DNA of 64,000 nt from Naegleria gruberi (lineage: Eukaryota): NCBI GenBank assembly GCA_000004985.1, contig GG738918.1; one strand, given 5' to 3'. The first letter of the stretch is position 1, and the number at the start of each line of letters is the position of its first letter. Positions 32,573-43,630 of this stretch are shown piece after piece. The notes below the pieces were generated by a model. That model was not told the DNA's origin and did not search any database. It saw only the letters and a program-made list of their open reading frames with translations. A program made the position numbers and the translations under genes.

Positions 32573-33512
32573 TTTTTTCAAGTTTAAAGTTTTTCTAATA
32601 CAAGATGAAGAAGCTTGATGAAAACCAAATGTTTCTCTATGACTTGTTGCTGTTTGGCAAACTTTTTTTTAATGATATAAATCTGTAAACATTTTCAAAA
32701 ACTGTCAAAGATGTCAAAGTTGCCAGCAAACATCAATCTCTTCACCTTCTCTGAAAACTTGAATTATTTTTAGTGTCCTTGCTGGACTTTTATAACTAAG
32801 GACGAATTCTTCAATTTGCCTTGATGCCTCCTTAATATATCCTTGCAAACACTTTCCCGCCCAAAAAAGGGGAGATGAATACGTAATGCGAGTTGTTGCG
32901 CTTTTTGGAATTTTCATTGTATTTTAATGTCTTGTGAGGTTTCAGTAAAATTGTAGCGAGTGATAAAATTTGGAAGGAGTTAAAGTGAGCTTATCAATGA
33001 TGAGGATTGACATTTACACTATTGAATGAACTTGTTATCTTGCATTGATTCGAATAATTGAATGGATTTTTGAAAGAATTGATAGAAGAAAGTAAACTAA
33101 TCTTTGAGCAATCTTTAAGATTAATATGAGGAGAATAAAGTACTACCGAAAGTAGTATATTAAGATTTTATTAGAGATAATATTGTGTAGTGGAAGAGCA
33201 TGTCAGTATTACAAAAACATTTAAAAATAGTTGAATGTTGCGCATCGATGACATTTGACGACATGCGAAGTCAGCAGTTAGCCAATATCTTATTAACTTC
33301 TATATTTTATGTTACTATCAGATTATTTCACATTAAATACTTTCGTATTGTATTATTCTAAACAAAACCTTTGGCAAAAGCTCCATTTCACAGTATACGA
33401 AACTTAATGTCATAATAAGAAGTTGAACGTTGACTAAAGATGTGACACGCTAATCTAATAGTTACTAGATGTTCCATTTCAATAAACAATCAAAAACTAT
33501 CATGAGAAAAAA

Positions 33513-35185
33513 ATGTCTAGACGAATCTTATTGTGTTTCGTATTAGTTTTAGTATTGGCATTGGTCGCTTCACTTTCACAAGCAAAGGAAGAACCACATG
33601 TTGTAACTAAACATGATAAGGATGGTGTGTTGACTGTTGTTATTGATATGAGTGGAAGTAAAAAGAAGAAGGTAGAAAAGAAAGCAGAGAAGGTGGCGAA
33701 AGTAGACGAAAGTAAATTAAAGGTAGATTCACTTTCTAAACAAGCTGCTGCTATTATTGAAACATCTATATCATCAAAGGAGGCTACTCAAATTGCGCAA
33801 GATTTGTTAACACTCGCCAATGAAATTAGAAACGTAAGTTGTCACATGCCAACTAACAATTTCACTAACACTGACATTTCTCATTGATCTGTTATCTATT
33901 CCATTCACATACAATATCAAAATTGAACAAATAGGTTGAAAAACTCATCCCAGGTGATCAAGAAAAAGAAAAGAAAGATTTGAAAGATCAATTGACAGTT
34001 ATTGTTTCAAATCTTGTTCAACAAGCAGAAACTCCAAAAGCATTGTTATTGGAATCTTCACTCGTACTTGCTGCTCAACAAAAGAAAGCAGAACAATCTT
34101 CCCCAGTTGACTATGACAAGGTTTCTGTTGAAGATCTCCTTGGAAATTCAAAGAAATCTAGCAAGGGAGCCAAAACTCTCATTATTCCATCAAATCCTTG
34201 GGATTGGGCAGCATTAGGTTTGAATTTCGTAGATGGAATTGGAACTTACAGTCAAAAATTCAACAAGGTTGGAGAATTTATGAAAGGAAAAGTTGCTGAT
34301 AAATTGGAAAAATGGAATATGAAGTCATTGGCATCAGTTTCGAGAAATGCTGGCTCATCAATTAGTTCATATTCAAAGAAATTGGAACCGTATGAGCAAA
34401 AAGCTGCCAAATTTATTGCACCAGTTGTGAAATCAAAGACCTTCCAAGTTATTACCAAGTCGGTGAATGTTGTTTCTGGTGTTTTGAGTGTTCATGGAGG
34501 TTTGAAGGCATTGAATTTGATTAAGGGAGGTGGTGTTAAATTGCCAACCAGTTATGCTGCTTTGAAGACTACTCTCTCCAAGGTTGTTGCCAAATCTAAT
34601 ACTTTAATTAAGAATGGAAAGACTTTTATCACATCTAGTGGAAAGGTCACTAAAATTGTTGGTGCTTCCAAGAAGGCCTTAACCACTGCTGGAAGATTAA
34701 CCAAATTGAATGCTGCTCAATTCAAGAGAATGTCAACATGGAATAAGATTAGACACGTTGATGGTATCTATACTGGTTATGATGCTGCTAAGGGTTTGAA
34801 GGGTGATTTGAAGAATGTCAAGAATAGAGTTACAAATAAGTTGAAAAACAATACACCAAGAAAGGCACCAACTGGTAATAATAGATCCAATTCTAGAAAT
34901 ACCAAAAATACCAGAAATACCAGAAATACTGGAAATAGTAGAAATACCAGAAATTCCAGTAATGGAAGAAGTAGATCATCATCCAATACTACTCGTAGAC
35001 AAAATGCAAGCAATACTAGAGGAAATGTTAAAAGATCAAATAGTTCAACAACTAGAACTTCTTCCACCAAGTCAACTAGATCAAACATTAGCTCAAGAAA
35101 GTCTTCAAGTGGTTCTTCTAGAAGAACTGCTCCTACCAGAAAACAAACTATATCAAGTAAAAGAACTGGCGGCGGAAGAAAATAA
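33513..35185 (+). CDS. Secreted protein family member A: signal peptide, conserved core, Lys-rich and Asn/Thr/Arg/Ser-rich tail; 2 exons (33513..33833; 33935..35185)
   Basis: Signal peptide LLCFVLVLVLALVASLSQA. Exon 1 ends ...LANEIRN at a gtaagt donor. The acceptor aaatag at 33934 is in phase 0. The core FVDGIGTYSQKF...APVVKSKTFQ is shared with the gene at 36313..37919. Confidence 0.6.
34840..35110. repeat. Short-period (9-nt) coding repeats encoding NTRNTRNTGNSRNTRNSS... low-complexity tail
   Basis: aataccagaaataccagaaatactggaaatagtagaaataccagaaat. Confidence 0.6.
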
Positions 35186-35306
35186 ATGATTTGTTCGCAT
35201 CAAAAAAATCAAAAAAGCACCTGCTTCTAATTATGGAAATACTGCAATTTCAAAAAAATTTATTTTAAAAATTTATTTTAAAAAATTAAAAAGTATTTAA
35301 AAAAAA

Positions 35307-36146
35307 ATGCTCAACATCTCTGTCGAGGAAATTGTTCATCACTTGAATGAACACCTTCAAAAAGCCTATGAATCATCACCGAAATTGGAACAATATGAAA
35401 ATCCACGAATTGTTCAACAAGATGATATTCTACTTGTAGGAGTTTACGGATCACATATTTATGGATTGGCAACTGAACAATCAGACTTGGATATTTTCAT
35501 AATTGCATCGGAAGGGTTGGATGGTGAATTGGCCAAGTTGAGAGAGTTGATTCCGAACAAGCAGGATTATTCATATCAAGTAACTGAATTGCAAATTAAT
35601 GGAAAACAAGTTGATTTTTCAATTTATTCGGAAAAGTTATTTAGAGAATTATTGATGAGATTTATTTTGGATAGTTTTGAATTTTACTCGATTTTAATGA
35701 TGAGAAGAGAGTGGATGGTTCATGTGAATGAAGAGTTTGCTCAGCAAATTAAGGAATATGTGGAGAATAATGTTGTGAATTCTGCTGAGAGAGCTCTCAA
35801 TCTAAGAAAGGCAATTTCCAGAGAATCAGATCACTCATTTGTGAAAGGAAAGAACAAGATTGTAAAGGAATTCAAAGTTTATAAGGGAATCAAAGCCATG
35901 TTTCATTCATTGAGAACTGTAGTATTTGGCATTCAAATTGCAAAACACAACCAAGTCATTGATTTCTCCAAAGCAAACGAATATTGGAAAGAATTTGAAT
36001 TGTTCTACAGGGAAAAGATTGAATCTCAATTGAATGTTGAACCAATAGATTATGAAAAGATTTGGCTCACACTACGTGAGGAATTTCAACCAAAACTCAG
36101 ACAACTCCAGACAGAGTTTCGAATGGCAGCCAAATCCTCCCTCTAG
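35307..36146 (+). CDS. Pol-beta-superfamily nucleotidyltransferase (GS...SDLD motif), single exon
   Basis: LLVGVYGSHIYGLATEQSDLDIFIIAS gives the G[S]x9-13 D-x-D signature. A third acidic residue may be QVDFSIY. It is ~280 aa and no PAP-associated domain is recognised. Subfamily is unassigned. Confidence 0.55.
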   Translation: MLNISVEEIVHHLNEHLQKAYESSPKLEQYENPRIVQQDDILLVGVYGSHIYGLATEQSDLDIFIIASEGLDGELAKLRELIPNKQDYSYQVTELQINGKQVDFSIYSEKLFRELLMRFILDSFEFYSILMMRREWMVHVNEEFAQQIKEYVENNVVNSAERALNLRKAISRESDHSFVKGKNKIVKEFKVYKGIKAMFHSLRTVVFGIQIAKHNQVIDFSKANEYWKEFELFYREKIESQLNVEPIDYEKIWLTLREEFQPKLRQLQTEFRMAAKSSL

Positions 36147-36312
36147 TCCCAATTTGGAAGGCAACTGATTCTCATGTCCATTCGTGTTCACAATAAGCAG
36201 CAGGTCACAACCACCACTGAAATATTTTAGACGTTTACATGTGTCACTGCAAGTTCTTTTCTCACCTTTTCTCGACCAATGGGATATTAGGAAAAAACAT
36301 CATGCGAAAAAA

Positions 36313-37919
36313 ATGATCAAGGTCTCTACTGTTTCCTTGACTTTAGCCATCTGTTTGATGGTTTTGTGTCTTTGTTTTATTGGAAACACAAGTGCACGTT
36401 CCATTGCCATCAAGAATAGAGCTGGAGGAGATTTGACACTTGTAATTGATTTTGGAAAGGGAAAAGATTCATCTTCTTCATCATCTGAAAAGAAAAAACA
36501 AGAATTACCAGCAGTGGACGAAACTACAAAGAAAGTTATTGACAAAGTCCAAGATGTGATCAGTAGTAGTGAAGAGAAGCAAATTGCCGAATCCTTGTTG
36601 ACATTTGCTAATGAAATTAGACAGGTAAGTAGTTGGCAACAACTGCACTAGATCAACAAGATTATTTCTATTGTCATTAGATGGAAAAACTAATTCCAGG
36701 ATCAAACTCTGAGCAAAAACTTGTTAAACAAGAACTTTTGGCCATTATTAATGAATTCACAAAGGAATCTGAGAAACCTTCTGCCTTCATCTTGAAATCT
36801 TCCCTTGAAATGGTTGCTGATGCCAAGAAGAAGAAAACAGAGCAACAACAAGCTGAACCTGGTTCAGTATCCTCTGGAGCTCAATCTCTCTTTATTCAAG
36901 CTGGTATTAGTGTATTGAACGATGCCATGAATTTTGTTGATGGAATTGGAACATATTCCACCAAAATGTCAAGTGTTGGTAATTGGATTAGTGGAAAGCT
37001 TGCAACCAAGTTGGATTCCTGGGGATTAAAATCTGTAGCTCAATTCGCTAAAAACACTGGTAAATCCATTGATGGATTAGCTAAGAAAGTAGCTCCATAT
37101 GAACAAAAATTGGCCAAAGCAATTGCTCCTGTTGTTAAATCGAAAACTTTCCAATCCATCAAGAGAGTTGTCAATGTTGTTGGTGGTGCAATCAGTATCA
37201 AGAATGGTTTGAAACATCTTGGAATGTTACCTAAACAATTACCAAAAGCTTTCAACAAGTTGAAATCCACACTTACCAAGGCAGCTGCACCAATTAAGAC
37301 TAAAGCAGCTTCCTTGATTAAAAAGGTCACTAAATCTGGAGCTGCCGTCAAGAAGGCCAACAGTGCCAAGAAAGCTGCCAAAGCTGCAAAAGATGCTAAG
37401 AAAGCTACCAAGGCCGCCAAGAAAGCTGCCAAGACTGCTAAGCAACCAGGAAAATTGGCAAAGGCCTTTGGAAAAGCTAAAGCTGTTAAGGATGTTAAGG
37501 ATGGTTTTGGTGATATGAAGAGTGGCTTGTTTGGAGAAGGAAAACCAAAGAAATCTCAAACTAACAACAAGAAACAAACTGCCAATAATAGAAGAACAAC
37601 AAATAATCAAACTAATAACAGAAGAACTGCCAACAATCAAACTGCCAACAGAAGAACTGCAAATAATCAAAGAGGAAATACCAGAAACTCTTCCACTAGA
37701 ACTAATAGTAGTAGAAGAAGTACTTCATCTTCAAGAAGCTCACCTACAAGAAACAGTACTAACAATAGAGGAAGACAAACAACTAGTAGAACTAGCTCAA
37801 CCAGTAGAAGAACATCATCACCAAGTGGAAGACAATCAAGCAGTAGAAGTAGCAGCTCTTCAAGAGGGTCCTCTGGCGGAAGTCGATCATCAGGTGGTAG
37901 CAAAGGAGGAAGAAGATAA
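36313..37919 (+). CDS. Secreted protein family member B (tandem paralog of A): 2 exons (36313..36624; 36681..37919), 56-bp intron
   Basis: Signal/TM MIKVSTVSLTLAICLMVLCLCFIGNTSA. Exon 1 ends ...FANEIRQ|gtaagt at the same position and phase as in A. Exon 2 is MEKLIPGS... Conserved core FVDGIGTYSTKM...APVVKSKTFQ. Tails are AKKAAKAAKDAKKATKAAKKAAKTAK followed by NNRRTTNNQTNNRRT... and RS-rich. Confidence 0.6.
37330..37900. repeat. Coding low-complexity repeats: about 12-15 nt period (AKKAAK), then 24-nt period (TANNRRTxNNQ), then Ser/Arg-rich
   Basis: gccaagaaagctgccaaagctgcaaaagatgctaagaaagctacc...; actgccaataatagaagaacaacaaataatcaaactaataacagaagaactgccaacaatcaa. Confidence 0.6.
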
Positions 37920-38599
37920 ATTATTAAATTCCTTACAATATCACAATTTTCCAAATTCGTTGTTGTAATCACAATTTATTGTCAATGAAGGTTTTGGATC
38001 AATTCTGGCTTATTTCAATATTTAGAAGTATTAAATGTGTTGGCTTTTAAATGGGATTCATCTTTCGTTTCTTCAATAATACTATCAACTGGTTTTGTTC
38101 AATTGGTTGCAATGCTTAGAAATCGGAATGTTCTTGTTATCATTAAATACTTTCCAATACTTTGAAACAGCACCAAAGATAAAGTCTTATCTTATCGTCC
38201 TTGTCCACTTCTTCAAATGTCTTTCTCATAGTTTAAACTGATGAAAAATCAATCAAACTCCACTTTTCAAAGATATCAAGAAGATCCATTACATGCATAT
38301 ATTGTTCCTCTGTTTGAAACATTTGCACAAGCATTGTTTTATTTCTTCCCTCAGACAATTTTTTTTAAGGAGTTGAATTTAGGCGGTTTATTTGGGGCGA
38401 TTGAGGCGAGTATTTTATCAATATATTTGAAATTGTTTCATCTGTGATAAAAATTGAACAATGCGAATATGTTGCTCTCAATTTCAAACTCTTCTCAATA
38501 CCTAATCTATTGTTCAATTTTAACCTTTGAAAATAATAAGCTCAAAAGCCAGTTTAATTAAATGGAAGGATTTTGTAGCTTTATGTTGGTGCCTTAATT

Positions 38600-40351
38600 T
38601 TAGTTATGCACCTGAGGTCCTGTAGCAAGATCAAAAAATCTATAAACCAAAGCTCCACCACCACATAAACAGTGACATCCACCAACCACCAAAATAAATA
38701 ACCATAAAGGTACAAATAATGGAGTGTACAAGGCAATGAAAATGCTATCCAATCTTAGAGCAAATATTATAAACCAAACCTGATAGAATAAACCAAATGC
38801 ACACTGTGAAGCAACTCCAAATGTTGAGTAGCAAATATTGAGAGATGAGTCGCTGAATGCAGCACATCCAACATACCAGCAACACATACAATTAACAAAT
38901 AGAAGGAATATCCAAGCTGGTATGAGGACAACATTCCAATAGGTTGTTATAATATTATCCAATTTCAATCCTATGAGCAATATTTGAATTGCTGATACTG
39001 TGACAGTAACGGAATTTGTAAAGTAGGAACATTTGAATAAGTATTTTGATTCTGAGGAGATGTCATCGGATTTTCTGCAACAATAAAAAGTTAATGGGAA
39101 AATGCAATAAGATATACTGAAAATATAGCATGGAACGAATAAGGCTGTGAAGGGAGCTGAAAGTGTTGCAAACCAAATATACTTTGTAATGAACATCAGA
39201 ATAAACAGTAACCATATCCACAAGTGCCAAACATACAGATTAATACTATCTCTGATTCCATCATCAGCGTGCTTTTCTTCTGGATTGAGGGCCCAAAACT
39301 TACTATTAGTATTATTTGGAATAATATCAATGAGTTTCTTCCTCTTTGGATGCAAATAAAAAGGATCCATAATGAGGCAATAAGTTAAAAAGGCAAAACA
39401 TCCCAATGCAAAGAAGAATGGTAAAGTACAATATCCAACCATAGAAATATTAATAAAATCATCCATTATTAATGGAACCAATATTAAGAATATTAAGAAA
39501 CTGGTCAGAAATAGTTGAGGAGCAATAAATCCGTACGAAACTTGAAAACACGCTTGTTTGATAGTGCTGTATGGTAATTCTTCCTCTGCATATTTTCTTC
39601 TCTTTGTGAGAGTGTTCTTTTCATGAAGTTTCTTGATAAATTCCGTTCTAAAGCCAGTGTTTATGGAGGGATCTTTCTCCACAACCTCAAAATCAAAGGA
39701 ATTGTAAATTGGTGACCAAATGTCATCCTTACTCGACAAATCTCTAAATCTCTTACTAATTGATCCAACTTTTACCAGTTGATTAGGAGGCATAAACATG
39801 AACATGTAATTGAATACATCATCATACATATCTCCAAGTTTTGTTGGTGTGTTCACCTCCCAATCACACTTGGGCAATGGGGCCAAATAATAAGCATTTC
39901 CATTATTTACATTACTCGATGGTAACAAGCTATTGTCTTCATGATCCGATTGTGGTACAACATTCTTCCTCTTGAATGAAGCAATCCTATTCGTAAACAT
40001 TCCAGTGATGTTAGAAACTCTATCCCGAAGAGATGCTGAATTAGGTGATGTTAAATTTCTTGGAGTTACTCCCGATGAAGAAGCCTTTGAATTATTATCA
40101 AATTGTACATCATGCTCTTCTATTATAACATTTTGATGGTCCTCTCCCTTTTCCATACTCGTTGTATTTCTATTATTATTTGTTGTTGTTGTACTCATAA
40201 AAGCACCATAATCTATTCGGGTTGGTTGTTGTATAACTTGCTCCTCTAAATTATTATTATTATTACCAGTAGAGTAGCTTAACACTGATGATGTATCATT
40301 GATCAGATGAGATCTTCCCGCTGAATCTTCCTGTTCTGATGATGAAGACAT
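38600..40351 (-). CDS. F-box-like motif fused to a polytopic (about 10 TM) membrane domain; low-complexity N-terminus
   Basis: 583 aa. NYMFMFMPPNQLVKVGSISKRFRDLSSKDDIWSPIY resembles an F-box. The C-terminal ~330 aa hold multiple hydrophobic helices (FLTSFLIFLILVPLIMDDF, LWIWLLFILMFITKYIWFATL, AWIFLLFVNCMCCWYVGCAAF ...). Confidence 0.5.
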   Translation of the reverse strand: MSSSSEQEDSAGRSHLINDTSSVLSYSTGNNNNNLEEQVIQQPTRIDYGAFMSTTTTNNNRNTTSMEKGEDHQNVIIEEHDVQFDNNSKASSSGVTPRNLTSPNSASLRDRVSNITGMFTNRIASFKRKNVVPQSDHEDNSLLPSSNVNNGNAYYLAPLPKCDWEVNTPTKLGDMYDDVFNYMFMFMPPNQLVKVGSISKRFRDLSSKDDIWSPIYNSFDFEVVEKDPSINTGFRTEFIKKLHEKNTLTKRRKYAEEELPYSTIKQACFQVSYGFIAPQLFLTSFLIFLILVPLIMDDFINISMVGYCTLPFFFALGCFAFLTYCLIMDPFYLHPKRKKLIDIIPNNTNSKFWALNPEEKHADDGIRDSINLYVWHLWIWLLFILMFITKYIWFATLSAPFTALFVPCYIFSISYCIFPLTFYCCRKSDDISSESKYLFKCSYFTNSVTVTVSAIQILLIGLKLDNIITTYWNVVLIPAWIFLLFVNCMCCWYVGCAAFSDSSLNICYSTFGVASQCAFGLFYQVWFIIFALRLDSIFIALYTPLFVPLWLFILVVGGCHCLCGGGALVYRFFDLATGPQVHN

Positions 40352-40472
40352 TTTTTGCTTTGCAATTTACAAGAAACGTGATGCAAAGTTCATGTAAAAT
40401 TTCAACAAACTTCCTACAAGGAAAAAATTTGTTTGACAGAGGATGAATGTGAGTAATTGTGATTGTGTTGTT

Positions 40473-41549
40473 TTATTTACATCCTAAAACTATGGATAAT
40501 CTTTGGTGACTTCTCTTGTAAATCTGATTTTCAAACTCAAATTCATATCCAGTTGGAACCACTCTGTGAAGATAGTTCCATCTCGATGGACCAGTCATGA
40601 TTATGAGAGAATTTGGTTCGACGAGAATGGTTTTCACCTGATCTGGATCATTAGATTGTGGATTTTCATTCAATAATGATGTTGTTTCATAATTGTTTTT
40701 CCTAGGACTGAATCCTTCGTATTCAACTGATGACTCCTTAAATTGGAGTAGTCCATAATCACCCAATGATAGAATAGCTGTTAAATTTCCATTTGAAGCA
40801 ATATCTCTATGGAATGGAAATCCAGAATATTGTTTTGAATCTCCATTCTCAATGGGAGTGTAATAATTCAATGTAATTCTCCAATCAATACTATTTGGAT
40901 TTTTCACATTTTGCAGTACAATTTGTTTGAGAAGATCTTGATTGAACTTGTCATATAATTCATTAGAAATAAATGGAGGAATGTTTGAATTTTTACAATA
41001 GACCAACATGTGACCTTCTTCTCCATACTTTTCAAATACCTCAACATAAATTGGCTTACCATCTTGATCAACTTTAACTTTCTGAAATGATTCCTGACTG
41101 GTAAGATTGTGATATTGAGAGATTTGAAGATCCTTTGGAGAATTCTTGATAAAGTCATCGATTTGCTCATGAATATCCTTCAAGCTGACCAAATATCGAT
41201 CATGTTCCTTCTCCGATATGAAATTATTCACTTTGTAGAGCCCTGGAATGCCAGCAACATTTTCCTTCACTGAAAAGTATCTTTTTCCTGTGTCAGTCAA
41301 GATGGATTTAGACTTGAGAGGGTTGGGCATTAGAATAATACTACTATTGGATTGGTGAAGCAGTCTCTTCTTGATTTGCTGTTTTAACATTTTTTGATTT
41401 GATGAAGGAGTGTTCCTCCTGTTGCGAATACTATTATTGTAAACACTATTGTTCAGCACCAAGCAAAAATAGACCAATTTGATTGAAATTGTTTTTGATT
41501 GTTTTCTTTTACATTTTATTAATATGTTGGTTGTTTTTTTGTTAATCAA
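40473..41549 (-). CDS. 2OG-Fe(II) oxygenase superfamily protein (AlkB-like dioxygenase)
   Basis: H-x-D in FPFHRDIASNGNLTAILSLGD and a distal His in NYLHRVVP. The jelly-roll-like segment IIMTGPSRWNYLH is present. The true ATG is probably MLKQQIKK.. inside the track ORF. Confidence 0.5.
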   Translation of the reverse strand: MINKKTTNILIKCKRKQSKTISIKLVYFCLVLNNSVYNNSIRNRRNTPSSNQKMLKQQIKKRLLHQSNSSIILMPNPLKSKSILTDTGKRYFSVKENVAGIPGLYKVNNFISEKEHDRYLVSLKDIHEQIDDFIKNSPKDLQISQYHNLTSQESFQKVKVDQDGKPIYVEVFEKYGEEGHMLVYCKNSNIPPFISNELYDKFNQDLLKQIVLQNVKNPNSIDWRITLNYYTPIENGDSKQYSGFPFHRDIASNGNLTAILSLGDYGLLQFKESSVEYEGFSPRKNNYETTSLLNENPQSNDPDQVKTILVEPNSLIIMTGPSRWNYLHRVVPTGYEFEFENQIYKRSHQRLSIVLGCK

Positions 41550-42272
41550 GCATATCTCAATGCTCTCAATTAATAATTCAGTATTTCCTTTTTATTGAAT
41601 TAAAAAAACCAAAAAATTCAATAATACAAGTTGTGCCTATGTACTGAAACAATTGATATTTGATTTTAATCCATAGACAAAAGGGTTTTCCGAAATCACA
41701 ATAAGAATAAGAAAAAGAGTATACCATTAAGCTAACATTCCAAAATAGAGAATCAACCTTGATCCCTTACTAGACTTTGTCCGGAAAGTGTACCTCGATC
41801 ACTCTAGGTCAAAGTGCTCGTACTTTTGTACTCGGTGCTTAATCAAAAAAAACAGAATGAATTGTCAAACAATTATTATGATTCTTCTATTGGGAATTGC
41901 CTCCCTTCTCATAGTGGAGGCTTCCTCAATAGAAGGAGTTGAATATAAATCACAGATGACCTAGTGAACCTAGGGAGATCTCACCCAATAGCTGTGGTCC
42001 TGGTGCTTTAATGGACGAAGCCAAGGTATTGTTGTGATTATGGAATTGATGCTGGCGCGTATGATATCTTTGGTATTTTATATGATGTACCAACCCCTAC
42101 TCCAAATCCAACCATCAGCAGGAAGTAATATTCAAATTGTTAAGCCAATACCAACACCAACTGATGCATAATCCTGTTGTTTGTTTGATAATTGTGTTTT
42201 GTGTCATTAGAAAGAAGAAGGAGGGACAAAATCAAGATACTGAAATGCATGGATTGAAGAATGTTTAATAAA

Positions 42273-43241
42273 TTAAACTCTACTCGATAAATATTGTTGC
42301 AGCAAATCATAGCACACTAGAATTGCAGTTCCACTAGATCTGTGTAATAAACTTTGGGAAACAAATCCATTGAAAAGACCTCTGAATCCAGAATTACTGT
42401 ACAGTGATTTTAAACATGAGCGGGTAGTGATTGGCAGGTTAGATTGCTGAAGAGTGATCATTTCTCTCCTAGCATTAAGGAATGGGATTGAGAAGAAGGT
42501 AGAAATACAAGTTGCAGCCTGGGCCAGTAAAATCTTACTCAAAATTCCTAGTGAATTAGTTTCATCTTGGTAAGGATTAATAACTTTCAAGCTATCAAAT
42601 GTTCCGAATAGGAAAGCTCTGTAAATGATGGAGTGCATTGAAAACATTCCAAATCCATTAAATAATTTGAAAAATCCATTTGTTTTAAGAGCAAAATCCA
42701 TAGGACCTTTAAATTGACTCATCACTTGATGATTGCTCAAGTAGTGATGATATTTCAATTGAGCCATCTCCATAGGATGTAAAATACAATGTGAAACTGC
42801 ACCAGCCAAAGCTCCAGAGCTAAACTGAACACCCACAAACTTTAAATATTCGATTCGATTCGATTCATCCACAAATGGACTTGCAAACCTAACATTCACT
42901 CTATTCATCAACAATTCGCTAAAGCCATCCTTCAAACTTAAAGCCAAAGCCTGTGAAGGAGCAAACTTGAACAATATCGAGCCAAACATTTTAGCATTCA
43001 TCACACAAGTATTCCAATAATTTTGTCTTCCCAAAACGGATAAACATTGAATTGGTGTAGAAATCATCTTTCCCAAAACCGAAGCCGACGATCCAATCAC
43101 AAAATTCAATCCCATCTGCTCAATAACTTGTTGATCATCAGGAATTTGCCTTCCACTCTTAGAGGTTCGACCAAGTAGATCGTACGAATCATGAGATGGA
43201 TGAAGTAAGCTAAATAGCATTGAATTTTCTCTGTTATTCAT
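42273..43241 (-). CDS. Divergent mitochondrial carrier (SLC25)-like protein
   Basis: 322 aa with three-fold repeat organisation. Degenerate carrier signatures (STPIQCLSVLGRQ; PFLNARREMITLQ; FRGLFNGF). Confidence 0.4.
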   Translation of the reverse strand: MNNRENSMLFSLLHPSHDSYDLLGRTSKSGRQIPDDQQVIEQMGLNFVIGSSASVLGKMISTPIQCLSVLGRQNYWNTCVMNAKMFGSILFKFAPSQALALSLKDGFSELLMNRVNVRFASPFVDESNRIEYLKFVGVQFSSGALAGAVSHCILHPMEMAQLKYHHYLSNHQVMSQFKGPMDFALKTNGFFKLFNGFGMFSMHSIIYRAFLFGTFDSLKVINPYQDETNSLGILSKILLAQAATCISTFFSIPFLNARREMITLQQSNLPITTRSCLKSLYSNSGFRGLFNGFVSQSLLHRSSGTAILVCYDLLQQYLSSRV

Positions 43242-43630
43242 TTCAGTTATTGTTGTATGGCAAAGTGAACTTTCTCAAAGGCTTGATGTTGTTGATTGTT
43301 TTTTTCGTAGTTGAAAAAACGAGCAGAAATTTTATGGCGTTGTTTTAGAAATTGTCCAAAAATGGTCCAACATAAATTTTTCCAAGTTTGGGTACTTTCT
43401 AATACTCCTTTAATTTTAAGATGATTGGCGAATTTGTAATGGATTTTCACTATTGTAAAATTGTACAGTCATTTAGTTGTCAAACGCTAAATGTTACCGT
43501 TTCACAATTGTAATCTTTAATCTTTCACATCAAAAAAAATTCCATACAACACAAGCTTGGTGGCAGAAGTGACTCCGTAACTACCAATAAGTTAGCTCCT
43601 CACCTCCTCCAAACACTTCTTCAAACGCTT

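Noticed and set aside
32714-32917. 67-aa minus-strand ORF upstream of the G-alpha gene
   Set aside because: No recognisable motifs and no ATG context support. It lies in the likely G-alpha promoter/5' region. Kept unannotated.
35307-36146. Nucleotidyltransferase as part of a CBASS-like or toxin-antitoxin defence operon
   Set aside because: There is no adjacent effector, HEPN or E1/E2-like gene. The neighbours are eukaryotic secreted-protein genes with introns and a signal peptide. Native AT-rich codon usage.
34777-37972. Antisense and off-frame ORFs (34777..35088, 37040..37432, 37239..37670, 37667..37972) rich in L, A, F or E
   Set aside because: They are reverse or shifted readings of the Lys/Ala- and Asn/Arg-coding repeats of secreted-protein genes A and B, an artefact of low-complexity repeats.
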